Origin: Chrysomallon squamiferum
Taxonomy: Eukaryota > Animalia > Mollusca
DNA length: 64,000 nt
Reading direction: 5' to 3'
NCBI GenBank assembly: GCA_012295275.1
Contig: CM022666.1
Coordinates: forward strand, 2,046,001 to 2,110,000
The translations under genes and the position numbers were made by a program. The notes under the pieces were generated by a model. That model was given only the letters and a program-made list of their open reading frames with translations, ran no database searches and was not told the DNA's origin. Below, one piece after another: positions 13,245 to 27,487 of this stretch (the first letter of the stretch is position 1; the number at the start of each line of letters is the position of its first letter).

Positions 13245-14889
13245 TATGTCTGCAAGTAAAGAAGACGTTTTAGGATTACTTTCTGAATCAAACAAAAACA
13301 ACTTCACGCGACATAAATAACACATATTCTGGGTATGAGTGTGGGTGTGGGTGTGTGTGCGTATGTGTGTTTGTGTGTGTGTGTAGTTTGTCCAGCTTGA
13401 GCAAAAGTTGTAAAAGCCAATAAATAAAAAAATTAAAATTAAAATTAAAAATGAAACAAATATGTATTTATTTGTTACGTAAACAATCCGCAAGGGTGAC
13501 CCAGCCGTTCAGTGAGTTTGACCTAGTTTTGATATGTGTTTCAAACCGCTAATAATTAAAACAGAACAAGAAATCAGGATATTTCAGGCATTTGTAATTA
13601 CTCCTACGTAATCAAAGTGTCTTTTAAACCACTAGGAGGGTTTGTTTTCCGGTCTGTATTTGAATTAGAGACTAAAATAGCAAAACGTGCCCCGGTCCCT
13701 CTTACCTGTTTTAAGTTACACGTAATGTCGACACCTCCACACTCATTAGATTAAAGGAAAGTAGACAGGTAGATTAGCACATAGAAAGGTAAACAGACAG
13801 ATAAGCGAACAGATAAGTAGGTAAATGAAATTAATATTCATAAATACTAACCTCCCCGTACAGAAATTAATATCCAAGCACTAACGTTCCCGTAACGATT
13901 AAAATCACAAAGTGAAACTTACAAATGTGTGAAAATCTCTCTTCCTCTATCGTAAAGTCGCGTGACTGACATCAGAGATCAAGTTCTCAAAAAAGTCAGC
14001 TACCTTGGAGAAACTGGTCACCTACCCCGCTCATTTTGAAGCGCACTCCGCTGTAAATGTCCCGGTGACCGACATGCTTGAGTACACATTACACCCAGTG
14101 ATAATTCATGTCAGCTTGTTTTGCTGAGGTAATATTGCTTGAAGTACTGGGGTGATAAAACTGAAGTGATGGGTGCTGCCCTAAATATAGCAGAGCCTGA
14201 AAGCAGCTCGGTCATAGGTTAAGATGACCATAGATATAAAAAGAAAACAACAACAAACAATTCAGTATAAAACGTAAAACACTGCGAGGTAAAAACGAGT
14301 ACAAGTACGGTTGGGGAGTACAGACGTGTAGACGAATTTTCTTCAGAAAAAACGTTCATCGTTTAGTTTTTTCCTGTAACAAACGATTCGAGTGTATAAC
14401 CATTGCATACGAGACAAAGGTCCTAAAGAAAATAGTCTACTTCTGATAACAGATATTGGTTCATATGCTGAAAATAATACACGTAAAAGCATAATATTAT
14501 TAATTTCAGGTTGATTATCTCCCTTGCTTCAATTTGGTATCACGTTCACCATCCCGAGAACGTAAAAAAATAAAAATAATTAAAAAAAAAAAAAAAATCC
14601 CCCCCCAAAAATCAGATACATGTGGTAAAAAACACTAATATTTTCTTTAATATTTTAGATACTGAAATCGGTGGAAACGAAATTAAAAAAAAAAAAAATA
14701 CAAAAAAAAACAAAGACGATTGAAAATAATTTAAAATTTATTTAAGGGAGACAATCCTGATTTCATATCCGAGTTTTTACTGTACAAAATCACAAATAAC
14801 TGCATATTAGCAGCAGCTAGACTAGTTATTTCACAAAGTGAAACATAGTGAGACAGAAGAATTAAAGAAAATAATAAAACATCGATCTA

Positions 14890-15410
14890 GGATACATTTT
14901 AGAGAAATAATCGTAGAAAAAAATCAGATTCTAGAAAGATTCATAAATACTGAATTATAATTTTCTAGAAAGAATCACAAACTCAGAATTAAGAAATTAT
15001 AGAAAACAGTTAAAAATACTGAATATCATATTCTATAAAATAGCTATAAATACTGAAATAAGATTCTCTAGAAATTAGTTATAAATACTGAATTAAAATA
15101 TTATAGAGAACAAGGATAATCTAGGAAACATAAAAATTGAATTTAGAAACTTGTGATTAATACTGAATTAAAATGGTGTAGAAAATAATCATAAATATCG
15201 AATTAAGGCTTCAAGAAAACAATACTATTTTAAAATAAAATACATATAAAATAAAATGCTATAAAATAATATATATATATAAAGCTAAATAAAATATACC
15301 GAATCAACATATATTTGAAAGCGATCATAAAGGCTGAATTAAGATATTCTAGAATACAATTATAAACAGTGAATTAAAATATTCTAGAAAAAAATAATAA
15401 AAAATAGTCG
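14890..15410. repeat. Degenerate ~29-30 bp minisatellite (aaatactgaattaaaatattctagaaaa-like); also at about 20830-21210 and 27900-28360
   Basis: Recurrent ctgaatta...ttctagaaa units. Confidence 0.7.
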
Positions 15411-15966
15411 ATTGACATATTTAAAAAAAAAAATCTAAATCAATTGAAATAAATGTTTTAGTAGTTAATTGACATATTTAAAGAAAAACCCATCTAAATC
15501 AATTGAAATAAATGTTTTAGCTTTAGACAACTATGAATGAGTTAATAGAATACAAATAGTTGAAAGAAAGCTAACGTGAGGAAATTCAAATGCTAATTAT
15601 ATATATATATATATATATATATGTTAATATATGGATTTTTCAACTTCATGTTACATACATAACCTATGGCAAAATAATACCAAAGCGATGAAATTAATAA
15701 AGCAACAAGAGATTAAATACGTGAATAAAGTTAATAAGAGTGTTAAGAACAAAACAAAAATAATTATATTAAAAACCACCACAGCTAAATTGTTTATACA
15801 TTTACCTGAACTGCAGGAATGGCATGCAAATGATAGGAAAATAACAACATATATATATACATATGTGTGTATGCGCTATCTTGTGCTTATGTAGACATAC
15901 TTACATATATACATACATATATGAACATATATATATGTGAACACACACATACATACATACATAAAC

Positions 15967-16650
15967 ATAGCGGAAGAGAGATTTTCACACATTTGTTAGT
16001 TTCACTTTGTGGTTTTAATCGTTACGGGAACGTTAGTGCTTGGATATTAATTTCTGTACGGGGAGGTTAGTATTTATGAATATTAATTTCATTTACCTAC
16101 ATATCTGTTAGCTTATCTGTCTGTTTGTTTACCTTTCTGTGTGCTAATCTACCTGTGTATTTTCCTTTAATCTAATCAGTGTGGAGGTGTCGACATTACG
16201 TGTGACGTAAAACAGGTAAGAGGGACCGGGGCACGTTTTGCTATTTTAGTCTCTAATTCAAAAAATACAAACTGGAAAACAAACACACATAGTGGTTTAA
16301 AAGACACTTTGATTACGTAGGAGTAAATTACAAATGCCTGAAATATCCTGATTTGTTGTGCTGTTTTAATTATTAGCGCTTTCAAACAAATATCAAAACT
16401 AGGTCAAACTCACTGAACGGCTGGGTCACCCTTACGGATTGTTTACGTAACAAATAAATACATATTTGTTTTATTTTTAATTTTAATTTTAATTTTTTTA
16501 TTTATTGGCTTTTACAACTTTTGCTCGAGCTCCACACACGCGCACACACACACGCACACACGCACACCCACACCCATACCCAGAAAAAGGTGTTATTTAT
16601 GTCGCGTGATTTTGTTTTTGTATTGATTCAGAAAGTAATCCTTAAACGTT
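15967..16650 (+). repeat. Inverted duplication of the small gene 5' region
   Basis: Reverse complement of about 17636-18319 and about 24714-25390. Confidence 0.9.
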
Positions 16651-16964
16651 GTCATTAGACAAACAAAAGTGTCGTGTGTGTGTATGTTTTTCTGTGTTTC
16701 CAACTGTCTGTGTATGTGTGTATGTATTTATACATAAATAAATAAGCTCTTGTGCTTTTCTATGTCCTTATTTACGTCTCTGTTTGTATGTACACATGTT
16801 TGCATATATATAAGTTTGTATATGTATCTCTGTCTGTATGTGTGTTTGTAGCTATATACATATATTTGTATTTGTCTGTGTATCTATGTTCGTATGTACG
16901 TGAGTGACTGTCTGCCCTGTTACTGATGTAAATGTGTTTGTAAATAAATAAAGACGGTTTATAC

Positions 16965-17225
16965 CTGATATCCTTTAAACCATTCATAAAAACCAATATG
17001 CCCGCCATTCCACCTGTTGCTCCAGTAAATATATAGGTGTGTTTTGTACTTAGCTCTTTCCATTTTATCCCCTGTTTTTTTTTTTAAAAATAGATAAAAC
17101 ATTATGACCATCTATGCCACCAAAACAACAATATTCTCATGATCATTATCATCATCATAATAATAATTGATATTACTGTTGTTCTTCTTTTTCTTCTTGT
17201 TCTTCTTCTTCTTCTTCTTCTTCTT

Positions 17226-17318
<93 letters not shown>

Positions 17319-17615
17319 AAATGCAAACATTTAAAATGAAAATTTCATGGAACAGGTTTTGAATAACTTTTTATTTGTACGTTGTCATACGATATTTATT
17401 TTTTTTACCATTATTTTTATTTTTATTTATTTTTTCATTTTTATCTTCATTTTTAAATCTAAAATCTAAAATCTTACAATCAGTCTTCCTTTTTGTATAT
17501 AAGAATAAAGCTCAATAAATTCTGAAGCAGTGGCCGGGTAGTCGGGTACTGGACTGTAGACAAAATATAAATAAATAACTACAGAGAAGCAGACGACCGC
17601 GTAAGTGAATCCCAT
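16965..17615 (-). pseudogene. Small unknown protein, copy D, truncated; exons 17615-17478, 17071-16965
   Basis: Exon 1 is identical to copy C. Exon 2 is 107 nt (one G missing from the run at the acceptor). Intron 2 is cut at 16651 by the inverted segment, so there is no exon 3. Confidence 0.65.
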
Positions 17616-19224
17616 TATGTCTGCAAGTAAAGAAGACGTTTTAGGATTACTTTCTGAATCAAACAAAAACAACTTCACGCGACATAAATAACACATATTC
17701 TGGGTATGAGTGTGGGTGTGGGTGCGTATGTGTGTTTGTGTGTGTGTGTAGTTTGTCCAGCTTGAGCAAAAGTTGTAAAAGCCAATAAATAAAAAAATTA
17801 AAATTAAAATTAAAAATGAAACAAATATGTATTTATTTGTTACGTAAACAATCCGCAAGGGTGACCCAGCCGTTCAGTGAGTTTGACCTAGTTTTGATAT
17901 GTGTTTCAAACCGCTAATAATTAAAACAGAACAAGAAATCAGGATATTTCAGGCATTTGTAATTACTCCTACGTAATCAAAGTGTCTTTTAAACCACTAG
18001 GAGGGTTTGTTTTCCGGTCTGTATTTGAATTAGAGACTAAAATAGCAAAACGTGCCCCGGTCCCTCTTACCTGTTTTACGTTACACGTAATGTCGACACC
18101 TCCACACTGATTAGATTAAAGGAAAATACACAGGTAGATTAGCACACAGAAAGGTAAACAAACAGACAGATAAGCTAACAGATATGTAGGTAAATGAAAT
18201 TAATATTCATAAATACTAACCTCCCCGTACAGAAATTAATATCCAAGCACTAACGTTCCCGTAACGATTAAAACCACAAAGTGAAACTAACAAATGTGTG
18301 AAAATCTCTCTTCCGCTATCGTAAAGTCACGTGACTGACAACAGAGATCAAGCTCTGAAAAAAGTCAGCTACCTTGGAGAAACTATTCACCTACCTCGCT
18401 CATTTTGAAGCGCACTCCGCTGTAAATGTCCCGGTGACCGACATGCTTGAGTACACATTACACCCAGTTATTATTCATGTCAGCTTGTTTTGCTGAGGTA
18501 ATATTGCTTGAAGTACTGGGGTGATAAAACTGAAGTGATGGGTGCTGCCCTAAATACAACAGAGCCTGAAAGGAGCTCGGTCATAGGTTAAGATGACCAT
18601 AGATATATAAAAAGAAAAAAGAAAAGAGAAAAAAAAAATTCAGTATAAAACGTAAAACATTGCGAGGTAAAAACGAGTACAAGTACGGTTGGGGAGTACA
18701 GACGTGTAGTCGAATTTTCTTCAGAAAAAACGTTCATCGTTTAGTTTTCTCCTGTAACAAACGATTCGAGTGTGTAACCATTGCATACGAGGAAAAACGT
18801 GCACAGAAAATATTCTATTTCTGATAACAGATATTGGTTCATATGCTGAAAATAATACACGTAAAAACTTAATATTATTAATTCCAGGTTGATTATCTCC
18901 CTTGATTCAGTTTGGTATTACACTCACCATCCCGAGAATATGAAAAAAAAAAAATAATTCAAAAAAAAATCCGACCCAAAAAATCAGATACATCTGGTGA
19001 AAAAAACTAATATTCTCTTTAATATTTTAGATACTGAAATCGGTAGAAACGAAATTAAAAGAAAAAAAAAAAATACACTCCAAAAAAACCAAAGACGATT
19101 GAAAATAATTTAAAATTTATTTAAGGGAGACAATCCTGATTTCATATCCGAGTTTTTATTGTACAAAATCACAAATAACTGCATATTAGCAGCAGCTAGA
19201 CTAGTTATTTCACAAAGTGAAACA

Positions 19225-19323
<99 letters not shown>

Positions 19324-19666
19324 ATAAATATTATTCTTTCAAACCAGTACGATTATATCTTAAATAACTAAATAAATACTTTTTGTTTCATGTTTCAAAA
19401 AGATCTGATTTTCTAACGAATTAATAACAAGAACAATAAAAATAATGATAATAACAGCAGTAGAAGTGGTAATAGTAGTTGTGGTAGTACTGCAGTAGTA
19501 ATAGTAAAAGTAGTAGCAGTTGTAGTAGTAATAAAAGTTGTAGCAGTAGTAATAGTAATAATAAAAATAGTAATAGTAGTAGGAATAGTAATAGTAGTAA
19601 AAATAGCTATAGTAGCAATAGTAGTATCATCAAAAGAAGTAGTAGTAATAATAGTAATGCTAGTAG

Positions 19667-19710
<44 letters not shown>

Positions 19711-20450
19711 AGAAGAAGAAGAAGAAGACGAAGAAGACATAATATTTTCGAGAAAAAAGCATTTTTAATGATTATAATGTTGATTATTGTAATAGCATTT
19801 ATTATTGCATAAATATTACATTTTCTTCACATGAACAAAATATTATTTTAAAATAAATAATATTTTATGGCTTCCTTTTTAAATGAAATTCAATAAAGCA
19901 TAAATAAATGTTCGTGACATTAAGCATTAATTTAAATAAATACAATTTTAATAGCCACATATATCGTGTTTCGTGAAATTCAGCATTAATGGAAAACAAT
20001 ACTGTTTTCATGACATTCAACAATTTAAAAAACATTTTGATTTTATGACTTGCAGAATTAACAAAAATCAAATAAACACAGAATTCAGTGTGATTCAACA
20101 TCTGCAACATTCGTTTTCATGATATTCAACAATATATTTTTTTTAAATTAAATTAGTTTTTTCATTAAATCTTGTATTAGTACAAAATAAAAGTGAATTC
20201 TTTCTGAAAATCAGAAACGAGACTAACAAATGAAACCTTTCATAACATGTGGCTTCAAATAACAACAGTTTACATTTTCAATAAATAAATAACACATAAA
20301 TAGCATTCACAACTGAACTGTATATTAAACTTAACGTAAAGATATATATTTTTAAAACATTCTAAGTTTCTTCATTCACGCAAATTATTTAAGATTATGG
20401 TCTTAATTTGCTGTTGTGATAACAACAACAACAACGGCGAAACTAAAACC

Positions 20451-20665
20451 TTATGTCATTTCACTGTCTACGTCACATCCGGTCATAGAATCACGTGAAG
20501 CTAGGAAACTTCCTAGATCGGGCAAAACCACGGCTCCCCGTCTGACAGTTCTTGGGATGACGTCAGAGATGATGGGAATGTCGCTGCCGAGGGTAGCCCC
20601 ACGCCGTCTACGACCTTTTCGCTGCCTCAAGTTAATAAGTGTCAAATATGCCATTTCTTGAATTC
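20451..20665 (-). other. Duplicated and altered copy of Roco exon 3b (possible exon 3c or pseudo-exon)
   Basis: Near-identical to 27488-27751 except for 18-nt and 31-nt deletions. The original acceptor is lost, but upstream gtctcag|GA ATT CAA is now in frame (phase 1). Confidence 0.6.
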
Positions 20666-20689
20666 CTGAGACATGCATATACAGAGTGA

Positions 20690-20805
<116 letters not shown>

Positions 20806-21797
20806 AATATCGAACTAGGATACATTTTTAGAGAAATAATAATAGAAAAATAACGTATTCTAGAAAGATTCATAAACACAGAATTAAAATTTGTAGAAAA
20901 GATCACAAACTCTGAATTAAGATATTCTATAAAACAATCACAAATACTGAAATAAGATTCTCTAAAAAATAGTTATAAATACTGGATTAAAATATTACAG
21001 AAATTAGGATATTCTAGGAAACATAAGAACTGAATTTAGAAAAATTCAAGAAACGTGTCATTAATATTGAAGTAAGAAATTGTAGAAAATATATATATAA
21101 AGCTAACTACAATGTACTGAATCAACATATGTTTGACAGCGATCATAAGGGCTGAATTAAGATAGTCTAGAATACAATTATAAACAGTGAATTAAAATAT
21201 TCTAGAAAAAAATAACAAAAAATAGTTAAATGACATATTTAAAAAAACACATCTAAATCAATTGAAATAAATGTTTTAGCTTTAGACAACTATGGTAGAG
21301 TTGAAACAAAGCTAACGTGAAGAAATACAAATGCTAATTATATATATATATATGTTAATATATGGATTTTTCAGCTTCATGTTACATACATAACCTACGG
21401 CAAAATAATACCAAAGCGATGAAATTAATAAAGCAACAAGAGATTAAATACGTGAATAAAGTTAACAAGAGTGTTAAGAACAAAACAATAATAATTCTAT
21501 TAAAAACCACCACAGCTAAATTATTCATACATTTACCTGAACTGCAGGAATGACATGCAAACGGTAGGAAAATAACAACATATATATATATATATATATA
21601 TTCATATGTGTGTATGCGTGCATATGTTAATAATTTTCTTTAGTATATACATGTATCTGTGTGTATGTGTGCGTGTGTCTGTGTATGTGTTTAGAAATAA
21701 CCATATACATTTATATCTATCTTGTACTTATGTAGACATACTTACATATATACATACATATATGAACATATATATAAATATAAATATATGAACACAC

Positions 21798-21844
<47 letters not shown>

Positions 21845-22212
21845 CATTAAGATGTGTCTTCCTTAGCTAAGTAAGTAAAAGGTGCATTCTTTACCTAAAC
21901 TGGTGTAAGAGCTTTTCTTTAGGTAGATGGTAGTAGGAATCGTATTAGTTATTAAGAAAATAAACCAAACAAAAAACAATACAAAAAATCAAAACAGAAA
22001 AAAAGGTTCCCCATACAGGTAAAGCATGTGTATCAATATAATAATTATCAGAAGCGAAATAAACAATTAAATATTTTTTTAAAAAAATTAAATAATAATA
22101 ATAACAATTTAAAAAGATAAAAATAATAATAATAATAATAAAAAAGAAAAAGAAAAAAAAAAAATTACGAATGTAAAAAGAAAAGTGACGATTATAAAAT
22201 ACAGAAACGTAG

Positions 22213-22246
<34 letters not shown>

Positions 22247-22556
22247 GCCAGTTTAGGAAACAAAACCAGGGACGGCAGTGGTTAGTGTGTTAACCAGTTA
22301 GTATGTTAACCAGTTAGTGTGTTAACATGTCAGCTACTTACATCTACATCTTTTTTCTCGTTTGCTAATTTTGTGGCTAATCTCATTTTACGAAGGTTTT
22401 TGATTATACCAGGAACTGCAAGAAAAGTCATGTGAAGATAAAAAATAGAAAGTTAAAAAAAAAAAAAAAAAACATGTCGGTTCAGGTCAAAGTTCTGAAA
22501 TCCATTGGTGTGAGAGTGTTTCACGATAAAGGTAATAAAAGTAACTTCATTCCACT

Positions 22557-22665
<109 letters not shown>

Positions 22666-23409
22666 CAAACGTGTACGTGTATATGAAAAATCTATATTAC
22701 AACCTCAGCTAGAAGCGGCATTAAACAGAAAAAAATGATCAACCACAGTAAGAAAAGTTTTATTGGGAAACATTATCAAATACTTATATTTTTAACTCTT
22801 GTTCGTTCATACAGTCATGTAAATTTGGTGATAATAATTACTATTTCTTAAATTTGGTGATAATAATTACTATTTCTCCATTTTCTACAAAAGAAAACCT
22901 AACATCGAAGCTACATCGGAGAACAATTTGACTTTCACGCCAATCAAAATTTCTAAGAAACTTCATTTTAAAGAGAAGAAAAGAAAAATCTGATCAAACA
23001 TCAGATCTGAAGGCTGATATTCACAGAAGAATCTAAAGATTAATCATTTCTGAAGCAATTCAGGGGTCTGTAGTTCTACAGTACTTAAAGCCTGACGTCA
23101 TAAAGTTTTAAAATATGAAACCAACAGTGAAGTCATGAAATCTGAAACAGAATCAGAAGCTACGGCTTAAATGTATAAATCCACAAAGTTAATAAATCCA
23201 AACAGAAATCTGAAGTCCAAAATTTGAAGTCGAAATCTTAAATCGAAGATGAACTCTGAATTTCATTGTGTGAACATGATGTCTGAAGTCAAATACGAAG
23301 TAACGAAGTCGAAGTTAAAATCTGAATTAATCAAGTCGAATGTTAAAATCTGAATTAATGAAGTCATTAATGGCTCTTTCTCAACTTGTCATTGACATGT
23401 CTGACAAAA

Positions 23410-24224
23410 TTAATTATAGTACGCTGAAATCACCTGAAAAAAATAAAAACAATGAGTGTTTAGTTGCTTTCCTTTTGTTAGAAGACGCCATTTTCTTTAG
23501 TTACAGATGTATGTTTATTCCAGTAGACAAATTTAACAGTTTCATTTTTAAATGCAGAAAATTTTAATGTTTGATTTTTTTTTTTCTGTAATGATTTTAA
23601 CACTAACGAAAACATCCACGATACGTTTTTCATGTGTAAATGTCATTAGACAAACAAAAGTGTCGTGTGTGTGTATGTTTTTCTGTGTTTGCAACTGTGT
23701 GTATCTGTGTATGTGTGTATGAATTTATACATAAATAAATAAGCTCTTGTGCTTTTCGATCTCCTTATATACGTCTGTGTTTGTATGTACCCATGTTTGC
23801 GTATATATAAGTATCTCTGTCTGTTTGTATGTGTGTTTGTAGATACATACATGCTAGTGTATGTTTGTATCTGTTATATATTTGTATTCGTGTGTGTGTA
23901 TGTATGTTCGTATGTACGTGTGTGACTCTGTCTGCCCTGTCACTGATGTAAATGTGTTTGTAAATAAATAAGGAAACTAGGATTGAGACGGTTTATACCT
24001 GATCTCCTTTAAACCATTCATAAAAACCAATACGTCCGGAATCCAGTCGGTTCAACCAGTAAGTATATAGCTGTGTTTGGTACTTAGCTCTTTCCATTTT
24101 ATCCGCCTGTTTTATATTTTAAAAATAGATAAAACATTGTGACCATCTATGCCAACAAACAACAATATTCTCATCATCATTTTCTTCTTCTTCTTCTTCT
24201 TCTTCTTATTATTATTATTATTAT

Positions 24225-24315
<91 letters not shown>

Positions 24316-24695
24316 TTTATAAAATGTAAACATTTAAAAATGAACATTTCATGGAACAGGTTTTGAATAACTTTTTATTTGTACGTTGGCATACGGTATT
24401 TATTTTTTTATTATTATTTTCATTTTTATCTTCATTTTATATTTTTTTTATTTTTTTTATTTTGTTTAATTTTTTTATTATTATTATTTTTTTTTTTTTT
24501 TTTTTTTTTTGCTCTAATTGCTTTGTTGTTATGCTACTGAATGAAAATCTAAAATCTTACGATCAGTCTTCCTTTTTCTATATAAGAATAAAGCTCATTA
24601 AATTCTGCAATGGCCGGGTAGTCGGGTACTGGACTGTAGACAAAATATAAATAAATAGCTACACAGAACCAGAAGACGTCTAGAAGGAATCCCAT
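23410..24695 (-). CDS. Small unknown protein, copy E, 88 aa; exons 24695-24561, 24106-23999, 23433-23410
   Basis: MGFLLDVFWFCVAIYLYFVYSPVPDYPAIAEFNELYSYIEKGRLI|ADKMERAKYQTQLYTYWLNRLDSGRIGFYEWFKGDQ|VISAYYN*. GT-AG sites intact, one in-frame codon deletion relative to copy A. Confidence 0.75.
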
Positions 24696-26304
24696 TATTT
24701 CTACAAGTAAAGAAAACGTTTTAGGATTACTTTCTGAATCAATGCAAAAACAAAATCACGCGACATAAATAACACCTTTTTCTGGGTATGGGTGTGGGTG
24801 TGCGTGTGTGCGTGTGTGTGTGCGCGTGTGTGGAGCTCGAGCAAAAGTTGTAAAAGCCAATAAATAAAAAAATTAAAATTAAAAATAAAACAAACATATA
24901 TTTATTTGTTACGTAAACAATCCCTAAGGGTGACTCAGCCGTTCAGTGAGTTTGACCTAGTTTTGATGTGTGTTTAAAACCGCTAATAATTAAAACAGAA
25001 CAAGAAATCAGGATATTTCAGACATTTGTAATTACTCCTACGTAATCAAAGTGTCTTTTAAACCACTAGGAGGGTTTGTTTTCCAGTTTGTATTTGAATT
25101 AGAGACTAAAATAGCAAAACGTGCCCCGGTCCCTCTTACCTGTTTTACGTCACACGTAATGTCGACACCTCCACACTGATTAGATTACAAGGAAAATACA
25201 CAGGTAGATTAGCACACAGAAAGGTAAACAAACAGACAGATAAGCGAACAGATAAATAAGTAAATGAAATTAATATTCATAAATACTAACCTCACCGTAC
25301 AAAAATTAATATCCAAGCACTAACGTTCCCGTAACGATTAAAACCACAAAGTGAAACTAACAAATGGGTGAAAATCTCTTTTCCTCTATCGTACAGTCAC
25401 GTGACTGATAACATAGGTCAAGTGCTGAACAGTGAAGGACCCTTGGAGTGAAACATTTTTATTCACCTACCTGGCTCATTTTGAAGCGCACTCCGCTGTA
25501 AATGTCCGGGTGACCGACATGCTTGAGTGCACATTACACCCAGTGATAATTCATGTCAGCTTGTTTTGCTGAGGTAATATTGCTTGAAGTACTGGGGTGA
25601 AAAAACTGAAGTGATGGGTGATGCCCTAAATATAACAGAGCCTGAAAGGAGCTCGGTCATAGGTTAAGATGACCATAGATATAAAAAAAAAAAAACAAAA
25701 ACAAACAATTCAGTATAAAACGTAAAACATTGCGAGGTAAAAACGAGTACAAGTACGGTTGGGGAGTACAGACGTGTAGTCGAATTTTCTTCAGAAAAAA
25801 ACGTTCATCGTTTAGTTTTCTCCTGTAACAAACGATTCGAGTGTGTAACCATTGCATACGAGGATAAACGTGCACAGAAAATATTCTATTTCTGATAAAA
25901 GATATTGGTTCATATGCTGAAAATAATAAACGTAAAAACTTAATATTATTAATTTCAGGTTGATTAACTCCCTTGCTTCAGTTTGATATCACGTTCACCA
26001 TCCCGAGAACGTGAAAAAATAAAAATAATTTAAAAAAGAAAAAAATCCCCCCCCCCAAAAAAAATCAGATACATCTGGTAAAAAACACTAATATTCTCTT
26101 TAATATTTTAGATACTGAAATCGGTGGAAACGAAATTAAAAAAAAAAAAAACACTCCAAAAAAAACAAAGACGATTGAAAATAATTTAAAATTTATTTAA
26201 GGGAGACAATCCTGATTTCATATCCGAGTTTTTACTGTACAAAATCACAAATAACTGCATATTAGCAGTAGCTAGACTAGTTATTTCACAAAGTGAAACA
26301 TAAA

Positions 26305-26385
<81 letters not shown>

Positions 26386-26490
26386 ATAAATATTATTCTT
26401 TCAAACCAGTACGATTATATCTTAAATAACTAAATAAATACTTTTTATTTCATGTTTCAAAAAGATCTGATTTTCTAACGAATTAATAAC

Positions 26491-26530
<40 letters not shown>

Positions 26531-26636
26531 GCAGTAGAAGTGGTAATAGTAGTTGTGATAGTACTGCAGTAGTAATAGAAAAAGTAGTAGCAGTTGTAGT
26601 AGTAGTAATAGTAATAATAAAAATAGTAATAGTAGT

Positions 26637-26689
<53 letters not shown>

Positions 26690-27487
26690 AGAAGAAGAAG
26701 AAGAACAAGAAGAAGACGAAGAAGAAGACATAATATTTTCGAAAAAAAGCATTTTACAAGATTATAATGTTGATTATTTTAATAGCATTTATTATTGCAT
26801 TTTCTTCACATGAACAAAATATTATTTTAAAATAAATAATATTTTATCGCTTCCTTTTTAAATGAAATTCAATAAAGCATAAATAAATGTTCGTGACATT
26901 AAGCATTAATTTAAATAAATACAATTTTGATAGCCACATATATCGTTTTTCGTGAAATTCAGCATTAATGGAAAAGAATACTGTTTTCATGACATTCAAC
27001 ATGGACTGACATGTTTATCATTCTTCATGAAATTCAACAATAGCATTTATAAACATGTTTTCATGACATTCAACAATTTTAAAAACATTTTGATTTTATG
27101 ACTTGCAGAATTGAGTTCAGTCTCATTCAAAATTTGCAAAAATCGTTTTCATGATATTCAACCATAATTTTTTTTTTTTTTTTTTAAATTTTTTTTTTCA
27201 TTAAATCTTGTATTAGTACAAAATAAAAGCGAATTGTTTCTGAAAATCAGAAACGAGACTAACAAATGAAACCTTTCATAACATGTGGCTTCAAATAACA
27301 ACAGTTTACATTTTCAATAAATAAATAACACATAAATAACATTCAGTAAGTGAACTGTACATTAAACTTAACGTAAAGATATATATTTTTAAAACATTCT
27401 AAGTTTCTTCATTCACACAAATTATTTAAGATTATGGTCTTAATTTGCTGTTGTGATAACAACAACAACAACGGCGAAACTAAAACC

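Noticed and set aside
15631-15894. ORF MDFSTSCYIHNLWQNNTK..., repeated at 21362 and 28543
   Set aside because: Conservation reflects the recent duplication only. It is AT-rich, one copy stops early and the others run into microsatellites.
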